The position numbers and the translations under genes are program-made. From NCBI GenBank assembly GCA_965248575.1, contig CBDFJQ010000002.1, positions 4,224,001 to 4,288,000 on the forward strand: a stretch of 64,000 nt of DNA, written 5' to 3'. Below, one piece after another: positions 49,609 through 58,761 of this stretch; the first letter of the stretch is position 1, and each line of letters opens with the position of its first letter. Source of the DNA: Planctomycetota bacterium. Its GTDB lineage: Bacteria > Planctomycetota > B15-G4. The notes below the pieces were generated by a model. The model searched no databases. It worked only from the letters and a program-made list of their open reading frames with translations, and was not told where the DNA came from.

Positions 49609-52536
49609 GTGTCAGAGGTGAGCTTCCTGGGTTGGGACGAGGCCTTTCTGCCCCGAGTGGCCGATTGGCTTGTAGCTCGCTTCGTGGATACCAGCGGCGC
49701 TCCCGCCGCTGCCAGCTGGGACATGGGTCGGCTGGTGGTGGCCTTGCCGGGGCGCCGTGCTGGGCGTCGCCTCGAGGAGCTGCTGGTGGATCGCTGCGAG
49801 CAGGTGAGCGGCGCCGCCGCGAGCTTCGTGCCCCCGGAGGTCACCACCGCAGGGCGGCTGACGGACCGCTTGCTCTCCCTGGAGCGCACGGCGGCGGGAG
49901 GGTTGGTGCGTTCCCTGGCCTGGGCCCACGTGCTGCGGCAGTGCAAGGCCAGCAAGCTGGCACCGTTGCTCAAGCGGCCATCCAGCGCAGGGGGCGGGGC
50001 GTTCCAGGAGTGGTGGGTTCACGCGGATCAGTTGCGCAGCCTGCACGCTGATCTGGGTGGTGAGGGCCTGGGCTTCCAGGACGTGTTGAGTGAGCTCTCG
50101 CGTTCGGGCCCCGCTTCGGAGCGCGGGCGCTGGAAGATCTTGGTGGAGCTCCAGGCAGCCTATGCAGCGCAGCTCGACGCCCTCGGCTTCGACGACCCGC
50201 ACCTCTCCCGTCGAACCGCCATCGAGCAAGGTCGGTTGCGGCAGGACGTCGAGGTGGTGCTGGCGGGGGTGACCGACCTCAGCGGTTTGCTGCGTGCGAC
50301 CTTGGCCCAATTGAGCCAGCCCGTGCACACGCTGGTGTTCGCGCCGGAGGGGCTGGCGGATCACTTTGATGACTTGGGCTGCGTTCGCTCGGATGCTTGG
50401 GCGAGCTACCAGATGCCGTTGCACGCGGCCCGCTGGCAGGTGGCGAGTCATCCCGCGGGCCAGGCGGAGGCGGCGGCAGACGCCCTGGCCGGGTGGGCTG
50501 CCCAGCGATCCGCAGCCGAGATCACCCTGGGTGTGGCCGATGGCGAGGTGGTGCCCTTCCTGGAGCGACAGCTGGCGAGTCGGGGCGTGCCCACCCGACG
50601 CGCGGCGGGGCCGTCCCTCTCGTCGTCTCCGGTCCTGAGTCTTCTGCGCGCCGTGTCGCGCGAGTTGGGCGCAGGAGATTTCGAGTGCTCCGCGGCCTTG
50701 GTTCGACACCCCGACCTGGAGGCCTGCCTCGCGCGCGGGGGCGAAGCCGTGGCGCGGGGGGCGGTGGCAAGCTGCGATGCCTTCGCACCAGAGCACCTCC
50801 CTCGCCGCCGCGGGCTCAGCGTGGAATTGAAGCGCACCGCCGACGCCCGCGAGGTGACCCAGATGGCCGCTGTGCACGGTGCACTGGACAATGTGCTGGG
50901 CGAGCTCGCAGCACGCGAGCGAACGCTCAACGCCTGGGCTCCGGTCATCGCTTCCTTCCTGCAGCGCGTCTACGGCGAGCGCTCTTGGGAACCGGACGAA
51001 CTGGCTGCGGGCCCTGTCCACGAGGCGCTGCTCGTGGCGTCCCTGGATGCCGTGGGTGTCGCACTGCGAGAGATGCAGGTCCTCCCCCGCTCGCTGGCCG
51101 ACGAGCTGTCGGTGACGGCGGCGGAGGCACTGGACGTCTTGTTGGCAAGCCTGGCGGGGGAGACCCTCCCCGCCCCCGCAGCCGAGCAGGCCGTGGAGAT
51201 GTTGGGTTGGTTGGACGTGCCCCACGACGATGCACCAGCCTTGGTGTTGACGGGCTTCAATGAAGGGCGCGTGCCGGCGGCGGTGCGAGGCCACGCCTTC
51301 CTTCCCAATGGACTGCGCTCCCGCTTGGGGATGGCGGATGACGCCCAGCGCTTCGCCCGCGACGCCCACGCCTTGGCGTCCATCCTCCACTCCGGGCGAG
51401 ACGTCTGCCTGCTCAGCGGCCGAGCGGATTCCCGAGGCGACCCCCTGCAGCCCAGTCGCCTCGCCTTCCTCGGCTCGGATGAGGACGTCCTGTTGCGCGC
51501 GAAGGCTTGCCTGCCTGGGGGAGAGGGGACGGCGGAGAGCGCACGCCCAGCTCGCAGCCAGGCCCCGGCGAGGCGGCAGCTGCCCATGGGGCCAGCACCG
51601 GCCTCCGACCAGAACCCCTTGCCGGCGCTTTCCGTGACGGCCTTCCGCGACTACCTCGCCTCACCTTATCTCTTCTACCTGCGGCGGCTGGCCCGTGTGG
51701 AGAGCGTGCAGGCCCAGGAGCGCGAGATGAATCCCTTGGTGTTCGGCAACGTCGCACACGATGTGTTGGAACGCTTCGGACGCAGCAACCTGCGGCACTC
51801 CCAGGATGAGCAGAAACTCGGCGAGGCGCTGCTGGGCTTCTTGGATCAAGAGCTGCTCAGCCGATTCGGTGCGCGGCCTTTGCCCGCTGTCGTGATTCAG
51901 GGCCGTCGGCTGGCCCATCGCCTGCGGACCTTCGCCCGTTGGCAGTCGGAGTGGCGGGCCGAGGGTTGGCGCATCCAGGAAGTGGAGTGGCAACCTACCG
52001 ACGAGCAGGCCGTGTCGCTGCTGGTGGACGACACGCCCTTGCTCCTGCGCGGTCGCATCGACCGCATCGATCGCCACGAACGCACGGGCGAGTGGGCAGT
52101 CATCGACTACAAGACCAGCGAGAAGGGGGACAAGCCACGCAGCACCCACGGGCCGGACAAGCAGGGCCTCTGGAAGGACCTGCAACTGCCGCTCTACCGC
52201 CTGCTGCTGCAGCCGTTGCTCGACGAGACGCGGCGGCGAGATGCCGGTGAGGGTGAGAGCGAGGACGTGGTGCGTCTTGGCTATGTTCCGCTCGGCAAGT
52301 CGCCCAAGGACACACGCTTCATCGAGGGCGAGTGGTCGGCTGACGAGTTGGCGGACGCCGTGCAGTGTGCGCGAAACGTGGTGCGCTCGGTGCGCGAGGG
52401 CGCGCTCCAGGAACTGGGCCGCTTTCCTGACCACGACCGGGTGCTGTCGGCCATCGCCGGGCGCGGTCTGCTGTCGGAGCACTCGGTCGGCAGCGAAGAG
52501 GATGGCGATGTCGATGTGTGGGGGGCGAGCTCATGA
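49609..52536 (+). CDS. addB: AddB-like subunit: inactive helicase-like N-terminus plus PD-(D/E)XK nuclease
   Basis: LSVTAFRDYL..PYLFYL, FGNVAHDVLE, RGRIDRID...VIDYKT, LQLPLY; coupled to the downstream helicase by ATGA. Confidence 0.8.
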   Translation: MSEVSFLGWDEAFLPRVADWLVARFVDTSGAPAAASWDMGRLVVALPGRRAGRRLEELLVDRCEQVSGAAASFVPPEVTTAGRLTDRLLSLERTAAGGLVRSLAWAHVLRQCKASKLAPLLKRPSSAGGGAFQEWWVHADQLRSLHADLGGEGLGFQDVLSELSRSGPASERGRWKILVELQAAYAAQLDALGFDDPHLSRRTAIEQGRLRQDVEVVLAGVTDLSGLLRATLAQLSQPVHTLVFAPEGLADHFDDLGCVRSDAWASYQMPLHAARWQVASHPAGQAEAAADALAGWAAQRSAAEITLGVADGEVVPFLERQLASRGVPTRRAAGPSLSSSPVLSLLRAVSRELGAGDFECSAALVRHPDLEACLARGGEAVARGAVASCDAFAPEHLPRRRGLSVELKRTADAREVTQMAAVHGALDNVLGELAARERTLNAWAPVIASFLQRVYGERSWEPDELAAGPVHEALLVASLDAVGVALREMQVLPRSLADELSVTAAEALDVLLASLAGETLPAPAAEQAVEMLGWLDVPHDDAPALVLTGFNEGRVPAAVRGHAFLPNGLRSRLGMADDAQRFARDAHALASILHSGRDVCLLSGRADSRGDPLQPSRLAFLGSDEDVLLRAKACLPGGEGTAESARPARSQAPARRQLPMGPAPASDQNPLPALSVTAFRDYLASPYLFYLRRLARVESVQAQEREMNPLVFGNVAHDVLERFGRSNLRHSQDEQKLGEALLGFLDQELLSRFGARPLPAVVIQGRRLAHRLRTFARWQSEWRAEGWRIQEVEWQPTDEQAVSLLVDDTPLLLRGRIDRIDRHERTGEWAVIDYKTSEKGDKPRSTHGPDKQGLWKDLQLPLYRLLLQPLLDETRRRDAGEGESEDVVRLGYVPLGKSPKDTRFIEGEWSADELADAVQCARNVVRSVREGALQELGRFPDHDRVLSAIAGRGLLSEHSVGSEEDGDVDVWGASS

Positions 52537-55500
52537 CCGTTCCCATGACACCCCGCGTTTACATGGCCTCCGCTGGCACGGGCAAGACCTTCCAGCTCAC
52601 GAACCGCGCCCTGGAGTTGTTGGTGCGGCACGTGCCGCACGAGTCGATCCTGGCCACGACCTTCACCCGCAAGGCAGCGGGCGAGATCATGGAGCGCCTG
52701 CTCGGCCGCTTGGTGGAGGCTGCGGACAAGCCGGACAAGCTCGCGGAGCTAAACGAGCTCCTGCCCGAGGCACAGTTCACCCGCGAGCTCTGCCTTTCGC
52801 TCCTGAGCGACGCCCTGCGCAATGTGCATCGCCTCGGTGTGCAGACGCTGGATGCCTTCTTCGCGCGGCTGGCCACCCTGCGCGGCCTGGAGCTGGGCTT
52901 GCCGCCCGGTTGGGGCATCGTCGATGCCGGCCAGCGGGCTGTGTTGAGCCAGGCGGCCATGGCGCGGGTGCTTGCGGATTCGGGCGAAGAGGAAATGCTC
53001 GAACTGCTGCGTCGCCTCGCGCGCGAAGACATGCAGCGCTCCGCCTACGGAGCCCTGGAGAAGGTCATCAGCCAGGCCTACGAGATCTATCGCCAGAGCA
53101 CTCCCGAGGCCTGGGAAGCCTTGCCGCCCTTGCCGGGGCTGTCGGACTCCGCGATCCAAAGCGCCTCGGAGAGTCTTGCTGAAGCGCCCCTGCCCACCAC
53201 GGCCAAGGGCGAACCGAACAAGACATGGTGGAAGGCTCGGGAAGCCGGGCTGCTTGCAGCCAACGAGGGGCGCTGGGAGGACTTCCTGTCGACGGGCCTG
53301 GTGAAAAAGGTCGTGGAGGGAGAGGAGGTCTTCTCCAAGAAGCCCATCGAGGGCGAGCTGCTCGAGGCGATCCAGACCCTGGTCGGTCAGGCTTCTGCGG
53401 AGATCATCGAGGGCGTGCGCGCTCGAGGACGGATTCAGCGGGACTTGCTTGAACGCTATCACCGGGCCTTTGAAGCCCTGAAGCATGAGCGGCGCTTGTT
53501 CGAGTTCAACGACCTGCCCTACGCCCTGGCGGCAGGAGCGGACAACGAGCTCACCAGCGAGTCCACGGCTCTGCGCATGGATGGGCGGATCGAGCACCTG
53601 TTGTTGGACGAGTTCCAGGACACCTCGGTCCTGCAGGGGCGCGTCTTGCGGCCGCTCATGGAGGCGGTGCTGGGCGAGGAGGCAGGATCCTTCTTCTGCG
53701 TCGGCGACGTGAAGCAGTCCATCTACGGTTGGCGTCAGGGAGAGCCGCGACTGCTGCAGAGCTTGCCCGACCAGCACCCGCGCATGGAGTCCCACACACT
53801 GGACGAGAACTTCCGCTCGTCCGAGGTGGTGTTGGACTCGGTGCGGCAGGTGTTCGAGGGCCTGGGCGAGTGCTCCATGTTCCAGGGCAAGCCGGCACTA
53901 CGGGAGGCGGCCTTCGCGTGGATGGAGGGTTTCCAGGCTCCGGTGGCCAAGCGTTCGTTGTCGGGTGCCGTCCGTTTGCTGGAGGTGGACACGGGCAACG
54001 AGGCGGCGCTGATCGACGAGCGGCGCCGGGCGGTGCTCGCACAGACAGTCGAGCACGTGGCCCAGTTGGTCGTGGAGGCACCGGGCGCGAGCATCGGCGT
54101 GCTCGTGCGTCGCAAGGCGTCCATGCCGGCCATCATCTACGGCCTGATGGAGAAGGGCGTCGCGGCCAGCGGTGAAGGCGGCAATCCCCTGACCGACTCG
54201 GATGCCGTACGCATCGCCTTGTCCTTGTTGACACTCGCCGAACATCCGGCCGACAGCGCGGCCTTCTTCCACGTGGCCACCTCGCCCCTGGCGGAGTGCT
54301 TGGAGACGAGCTTCCCAGCCGATCGCAAGCTCGCCATGGAGCGGGCGTCCGCGCTGTCGTGGGAGACTCGTCGCGCTCTCAGCGAGCGCGGCTTCGGGCC
54401 CTATCTGTCGAACCTTCAACGCCAAGTGAAGGAGCACGCGGCGTTCGATGCCTGGGACACCGTGCGCTTCGGCCAGCTGGTGGACATGGGCTTCGCAGCG
54501 GACGAGCGCGCTGGCGAACAGGGGCCCAATGGGTCGGGCGCGGAGGGGCCGGGCGCCTTCGTGGAGCAGGTCTGGACCGAGCGCGTGGAGGCCCCCACGG
54601 AGGCCGCGGTGAAGGTCATGACCATTCATGGTTCCAAGGGGCTGGAGTTCGACGCGGTGGTGTTGCCGGACCTGGAGGGTCGCTTGATCTCCAACAGCCC
54701 TGCCCTGCTGACCCAGCGCCCGGACCCTTGGCAGCCCATGGACCTGGTGGCGCCGTCGAGCAAGTGGAACCACTTGCACCCCGAGCTGAAACACCTCGCG
54801 GCGGAGGCCGAAGGTCGGGCGCTTCGGGAGGAACTCTGCGTGCTCTACGTGGCCATGACCCGTGCGGTGCATCGGCTCGACATGTTGATCCCCAGGGAGG
54901 GCAAGCGCAGCGAGCCGAGATCCATGGCGACCCTGTTGAGGGAGACGCTGCGAGAAGCGGACGAGAGCGAAGCAGCCGCCGAACCGGTGCGCGTGCTTTG
55001 GCAGCACCCCGCCAGCAAGACCCAGTGGGCGCCTCCCGCGGATGCAGCGGCACGGGCCGCGCCCAAGGCTCGGGACGCCGCCAGGTCGGAGGCTGACACC
55101 GACTCCGCCGAGATCCGCTTGGTACCCGCCTCGAGCCCGCGCTGGTTGCCACGCCAGGCGCCTTCGTCACGGTCCCACGGCCAGGCCATCACGACCGGAC
55201 GTCTGCTCGACCTCGGCGATCAGTCCGCGCGCGTGCGAGGCTTGCTCGTGCACGCGTGGCTCAGCGGCGTGGAGTGGCTCGAGGAACACGCCGCCACGGA
55301 CGACGCCTTGCGGGCGGAGGCGTGGGCGCTCGGGCGGCAACAAGGCCTCGAGTTGAACGAGGGCATGATCTCGAAGTACTTGCGGGAGTTTCGGCAGTTG
55401 CTCGGCCGCGATGTCGTCTCCTCGCTCCTGACCCGCGGTTCGCGCCCGGAGGGGAGCGTGGAGGTGTGGCGGGAGCGTGCCTTCGCCGTGTCGCTGTCGC

Positions 55501-55880
55501 TGGACGGTGTGTCGACCCTGGTGCGCGGGGCCTTCGATCGCGTGCTGCTGGAACGAGAGGGGGAGCGTGTGGTGGCGGCGGAGATTGTCGACTTCAAGAC
55601 GGATGCGGTGTCGACTGAAGATTCCGGCCCGTTACCGGAACAGGCTCAAGCAGAAGTGGACCAGATGCCCGAGGGACAATTGAGCCTGTTCGGCAAGGCG
55701 GAACGAGCGGCTCCAGCAGGGATCGCCCACGCTCTGCCGCACGCCTCCGAGCGTGCGGAGCAATACCGGCCCCAGATGGATGCCTACCGGGAGGTGCTCT
55801 CCCACATGACGGGTTTGCCGCTGGACGCCATTCGCTGCCGAATCCTGTTTGTCGCGGCGGGGCTGGCCGTGGACGTCTGA
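52533..55880 (+). CDS. addA: AddA-like UvrD-family helicase with C-terminal RecB-type nuclease
   Basis: Walker A ASAGTGKT, TFTRKAAGE, LLDEFQDTS, VGDVKQSIYGWR, NFRS, TIHGSKGLEF, YVAMTRA; nuclease GAFDRV...IVDFKTD...QMDAY. Confidence 0.88.
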   Translation: MTVPMTPRVYMASAGTGKTFQLTNRALELLVRHVPHESILATTFTRKAAGEIMERLLGRLVEAADKPDKLAELNELLPEAQFTRELCLSLLSDALRNVHRLGVQTLDAFFARLATLRGLELGLPPGWGIVDAGQRAVLSQAAMARVLADSGEEEMLELLRRLAREDMQRSAYGALEKVISQAYEIYRQSTPEAWEALPPLPGLSDSAIQSASESLAEAPLPTTAKGEPNKTWWKAREAGLLAANEGRWEDFLSTGLVKKVVEGEEVFSKKPIEGELLEAIQTLVGQASAEIIEGVRARGRIQRDLLERYHRAFEALKHERRLFEFNDLPYALAAGADNELTSESTALRMDGRIEHLLLDEFQDTSVLQGRVLRPLMEAVLGEEAGSFFCVGDVKQSIYGWRQGEPRLLQSLPDQHPRMESHTLDENFRSSEVVLDSVRQVFEGLGECSMFQGKPALREAAFAWMEGFQAPVAKRSLSGAVRLLEVDTGNEAALIDERRRAVLAQTVEHVAQLVVEAPGASIGVLVRRKASMPAIIYGLMEKGVAASGEGGNPLTDSDAVRIALSLLTLAEHPADSAAFFHVATSPLAECLETSFPADRKLAMERASALSWETRRALSERGFGPYLSNLQRQVKEHAAFDAWDTVRFGQLVDMGFAADERAGEQGPNGSGAEGPGAFVEQVWTERVEAPTEAAVKVMTIHGSKGLEFDAVVLPDLEGRLISNSPALLTQRPDPWQPMDLVAPSSKWNHLHPELKHLAAEAEGRALREELCVLYVAMTRAVHRLDMLIPREGKRSEPRSMATLLRETLREADESEAAAEPVRVLWQHPASKTQWAPPADAAARAAPKARDAARSEADTDSAEIRLVPASSPRWLPRQAPSSRSHGQAITTGRLLDLGDQSARVRGLLVHAWLSGVEWLEEHAATDDALRAEAWALGRQQGLELNEGMISKYLREFRQLLGRDVVSSLLTRGSRPEGSVEVWRERAFAVSLSLDGVSTLVRGAFDRVLLEREGERVVAAEIVDFKTDAVSTEDSGPLPEQAQAEVDQMPEGQLSLFGKAERAAPAGIAHALPHASERAEQYRPQMDAYREVLSHMTGLPLDAIRCRILFVAAGLAVDV

Positions 55881-56214
55881 CTGGACGCCTGACTTGCGAC
55901 CGCAGTGCGCGACTGCTGCATCTCTCGCACCGTTCTCAGGGCGATCAGGTGCCGTCGTGACAACGCCCCGGACTTGTGGATCGGGTCACCCGAAGCTGTT
56001 CATGTACGCCGAGGTGGAGAGTATTCCAGCATGAGCGTGCGACCGATGAGTCTCCCCATGGATCGCGAAGCGCGTGTAAAGTTAGAGGTCTTCGATGGCG
56101 GCAGCGGCCATGGCGTTGGACATCCCTGATGTTGCGCGCTTGTCGATTGCTCGAAGGGGTTGTCCTTCGTACGACGCGCTTGCTGCCATCACCCCATTCC
56201 CCTGGTGGAACACC

Positions 56215-57843
56215 ATGCGACTTTCTCTGGCCTGCTTTGCTGTCGTGCTGTTTTCCGTGGTGCCCTTCGCCCAAGTGCCCACGGAGGTCTGGGATGTCGA
56301 CGGGCCGGACAACGGTGAACGCATGGGCTGGTCGACGGCGGGGGCTGGCCTGGTGGATGGGGACGCCATCCCCGACGCGTTGGTGGGTTCGCCGCGGGCT
56401 GACATCAACGGTTCCAGCTCGGGCACGGTGACAGTGTTGTCCGGCGCGACGGGCGCCGTGATCCACGAGGTGCACGGAAACCTTGCCGGTGACCAGCTGG
56501 GTTGGTCCGTGGCGAGCGTCGGTGATCGGGACGGAGACGGTCGCGACGAGTTCATCGCAGGCACCCCCTTCGAAGACACCAACGGCATGAGCGCGGGCGT
56601 GGTGCGCGTCTACGACGGCGCAACGGGTAGCGTCTTGTTCACCCACTTCGGCGACGCTGCCGGCGATGACTTCGGCACATCAGTGGGGGGCGGCAGCGAT
56701 GTGAACAACGACGGCAAGCCCGACTTCTTCGCAGGCGCGCCCCAGGACTCCACGGGCGATGGCTATGTGCGCATCTTCTCCGGCGCCGACGGCAGCTTGA
56801 TCCGCACCGTGCCTGCGCCCGGCACGAATTCGTCCTTCGGCGTTTCCGTGGCTGGTCTCGACGACCTGAACGCTGACGGATTCGCGGAAATCGTGGCTGG
56901 CGCCTATCTCGACAGCACCGGGGGCGTGACCAACGGCCGGGCCTTCGTGTTCTCGGGCATCGATGGTTCTGTCATGCACACCTTCGAGGGCGAGGACGAC
57001 TTCGATTGGTTCGGTTGGTCCGTGGCCAACGCCGGCGACGCGAACGACGACGGCCTCAGTGACATCCTCGTGGGCGCCTATGGCGATGACGGCGATGCCG
57101 ATGCGGGTGGCCAGGCCACCGTGTTCTCGGGTGCCGATTGGTCTGTCTTGGCTTCGGTCACCGGTGGCACGATCAATGAGAACCTCGGCTGGACCGTGGC
57201 CGGGGCCGGCGACGTGGACGGGAACGGCGACGACGACTTCGTGGTGGGCGCACCCTTCGGGACGACCGGACGCGCGGTGATCGTGTCCGGCACCGACAGC
57301 AGCGTGCTGCACGAGCTCGATGGCAGCGGGTCCGGGGATCAGTTCGGGCGGGCGGTCATGGGCTTTGGGGGCGACATCAACGGTGACGGGCATGACGACG
57401 TGGGCGTCGGCGCGCCGCTGGATGACGACAACGGGTCGTCGTCGGGAACCCTGGTGGCCATCTCGGGCTTCCAGCCCTGGCTCGACCTGGGCGGAGGGTC
57501 GCTGGGCATCGCGGGTCAGCCGGAGCTGGTGGGCAGCGGCATCCTCACGGATGCCTCGCCGGTCGCCGTGACCCTGAGCAATGCGCCGCCCAGTGCGCTC
57601 ATGCTGGCGTGGCTCTCCTTTGCGCCGGTGCCGTTCATGGCCTTGGATGGCACGGTGCACGCCTTCCCCTTCGCCAACCAGATCGTGTTCTTCGCCAACC
57701 CGTCGGGGGTCTTCACGGGCGCGACGCTTTGGCCCGTGGGCATCCCCACCGGTACGCAGGTGTTCTTCCAATTCGTGGTGCAAGACCTCTCCTCCATCCA
57801 CGACATCACCCTGTCGAATGGTCTGCGAGCCACCACGCCGTGA
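56215..57843 (+). CDS. Secreted FG-GAP repeat protein with shared 122-aa C-terminal domain
   Basis: Signal peptide MRLSLACFAVVLFSVVPFA; seven G(W/T/V)SVA..GD.(N/D)GDG..D..VGAP blades. Confidence 0.9.
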   Translation: MRLSLACFAVVLFSVVPFAQVPTEVWDVDGPDNGERMGWSTAGAGLVDGDAIPDALVGSPRADINGSSSGTVTVLSGATGAVIHEVHGNLAGDQLGWSVASVGDRDGDGRDEFIAGTPFEDTNGMSAGVVRVYDGATGSVLFTHFGDAAGDDFGTSVGGGSDVNNDGKPDFFAGAPQDSTGDGYVRIFSGADGSLIRTVPAPGTNSSFGVSVAGLDDLNADGFAEIVAGAYLDSTGGVTNGRAFVFSGIDGSVMHTFEGEDDFDWFGWSVANAGDANDDGLSDILVGAYGDDGDADAGGQATVFSGADWSVLASVTGGTINENLGWTVAGAGDVDGNGDDDFVVGAPFGTTGRAVIVSGTDSSVLHELDGSGSGDQFGRAVMGFGGDINGDGHDDVGVGAPLDDDNGSSSGTLVAISGFQPWLDLGGGSLGIAGQPELVGSGILTDASPVAVTLSNAPPSALMLAWLSFAPVPFMALDGTVHAFPFANQIVFFANPSGVFTGATLWPVGIPTGTQVFFQFVVQDLSSIHDITLSNGLRATTP

Positions 57844-58742
57844 TGAGCGGTCACGTGGCCTGTTCTCGTGTCGCACGTCTGGTGGGGGCCGCCGCGCTGC
57901 TGGCGGTGCTGTGCGTGAACTCGCGGCAGCTCCACGCCCAGGTGTGCGTCCCACCCGTCAACGAAGAGTGCGGGGGGGCGCTACCGTTCTCCTTTGAGCA
58001 ATTGCCGCTGACGGCATCGGGTCTCCTGGGTTGCGCCAACAACATGGTGGACCGGCCGTACTTCGACGTCTTCTACCGCTACGACTGCACGGTGAGTGGT
58101 GACTACCAGTTCGACATGTGTGGGTCACTCGGGGACACCTACATGCGGGTCTACTTTGACGGCTGCGGCTTTGGACCCGCGTCGACCTGGGTCGAAGACG
58201 ACGACGGTTGTGGTGGCTCGCCCAACTCCTTGGATCCGCTCATCGTCGTGTCCTTGGAGGCGGGAACGTCGGTCTGGATCGAGTTGGGTTCCTGGCGCGT
58301 GGATGATTTCTTCCCGCCCAACGCCAACGACCCCTACGAGTTTCATGCATCGTTCTTGGGAGGTGGCTTGGCCCCCTGGCAAGGCCTCGGCGGCGGGACG
58401 GTCGGCATCAATGGCCCGGTCACCTTGATCGGCACAGGTAGCCTCACGGGAGGCAGCAGTGCCAGCCTCTCGTTGACGAATGCGCCTCCCAACAGCGCCT
58501 TGCTCGCATGGTTGTCCTTCGGCTCGACGCCAGCGTTCTTCTTCGGGGGCACCGTGCATGCGATGCCTTTCGCCCAGCAGTTCTTGTTCCAGGCGGATGC
58601 GCTGGGCGAGCTGGAGGTCAGCGCGACCTGGCCCGCCGGCGTCCCGGCTGGGACAGAGGCCTGGTTCCAGTTCTTTGCTGAAGACCCCTCCGTGTTGTGG
58701 GGCATCACCCTGTCGAACGCCATCAAGGCAACGACTCCATAG
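57843..58742 (+). CDS. Secreted Cys-rich beta-sandwich (PPC-like) protein with shared C-terminal domain
   Basis: TGATG coupling; signal peptide; PPVNEECGGA, DVFYRY, FDMCGS.GDTYMRVY, EDDDGC, LEAGTSVWIELG. Confidence 0.82.
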   Translation: MSGHVACSRVARLVGAAALLAVLCVNSRQLHAQVCVPPVNEECGGALPFSFEQLPLTASGLLGCANNMVDRPYFDVFYRYDCTVSGDYQFDMCGSLGDTYMRVYFDGCGFGPASTWVEDDDGCGGSPNSLDPLIVVSLEAGTSVWIELGSWRVDDFFPPNANDPYEFHASFLGGGLAPWQGLGGGTVGINGPVTLIGTGSLTGGSSASLSLTNAPPNSALLAWLSFGSTPAFFFGGTVHAMPFAQQFLFQADALGELEVSATWPAGVPAGTEAWFQFFAEDPSVLWGITLSNAIKATTP

Positions 58743-58761
58743 CTCGAACGGAATCATCCCC

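Noticed and set aside
49609..55880. Helicase-nuclease pair as a novel anti-phage defence system
   Set aside because: Architecture and gene order match housekeeping AddAB/RexAB recombination genes, and there is no defence-island context.
55894..56214. Possible small gene or pseudogene between addA and the FG-GAP operon (minus frame ...HAHAGILSTSAYMNSFG*)
   Set aside because: Short and interrupted by stops, with no family assignable by eye. Would need tBLASTx.
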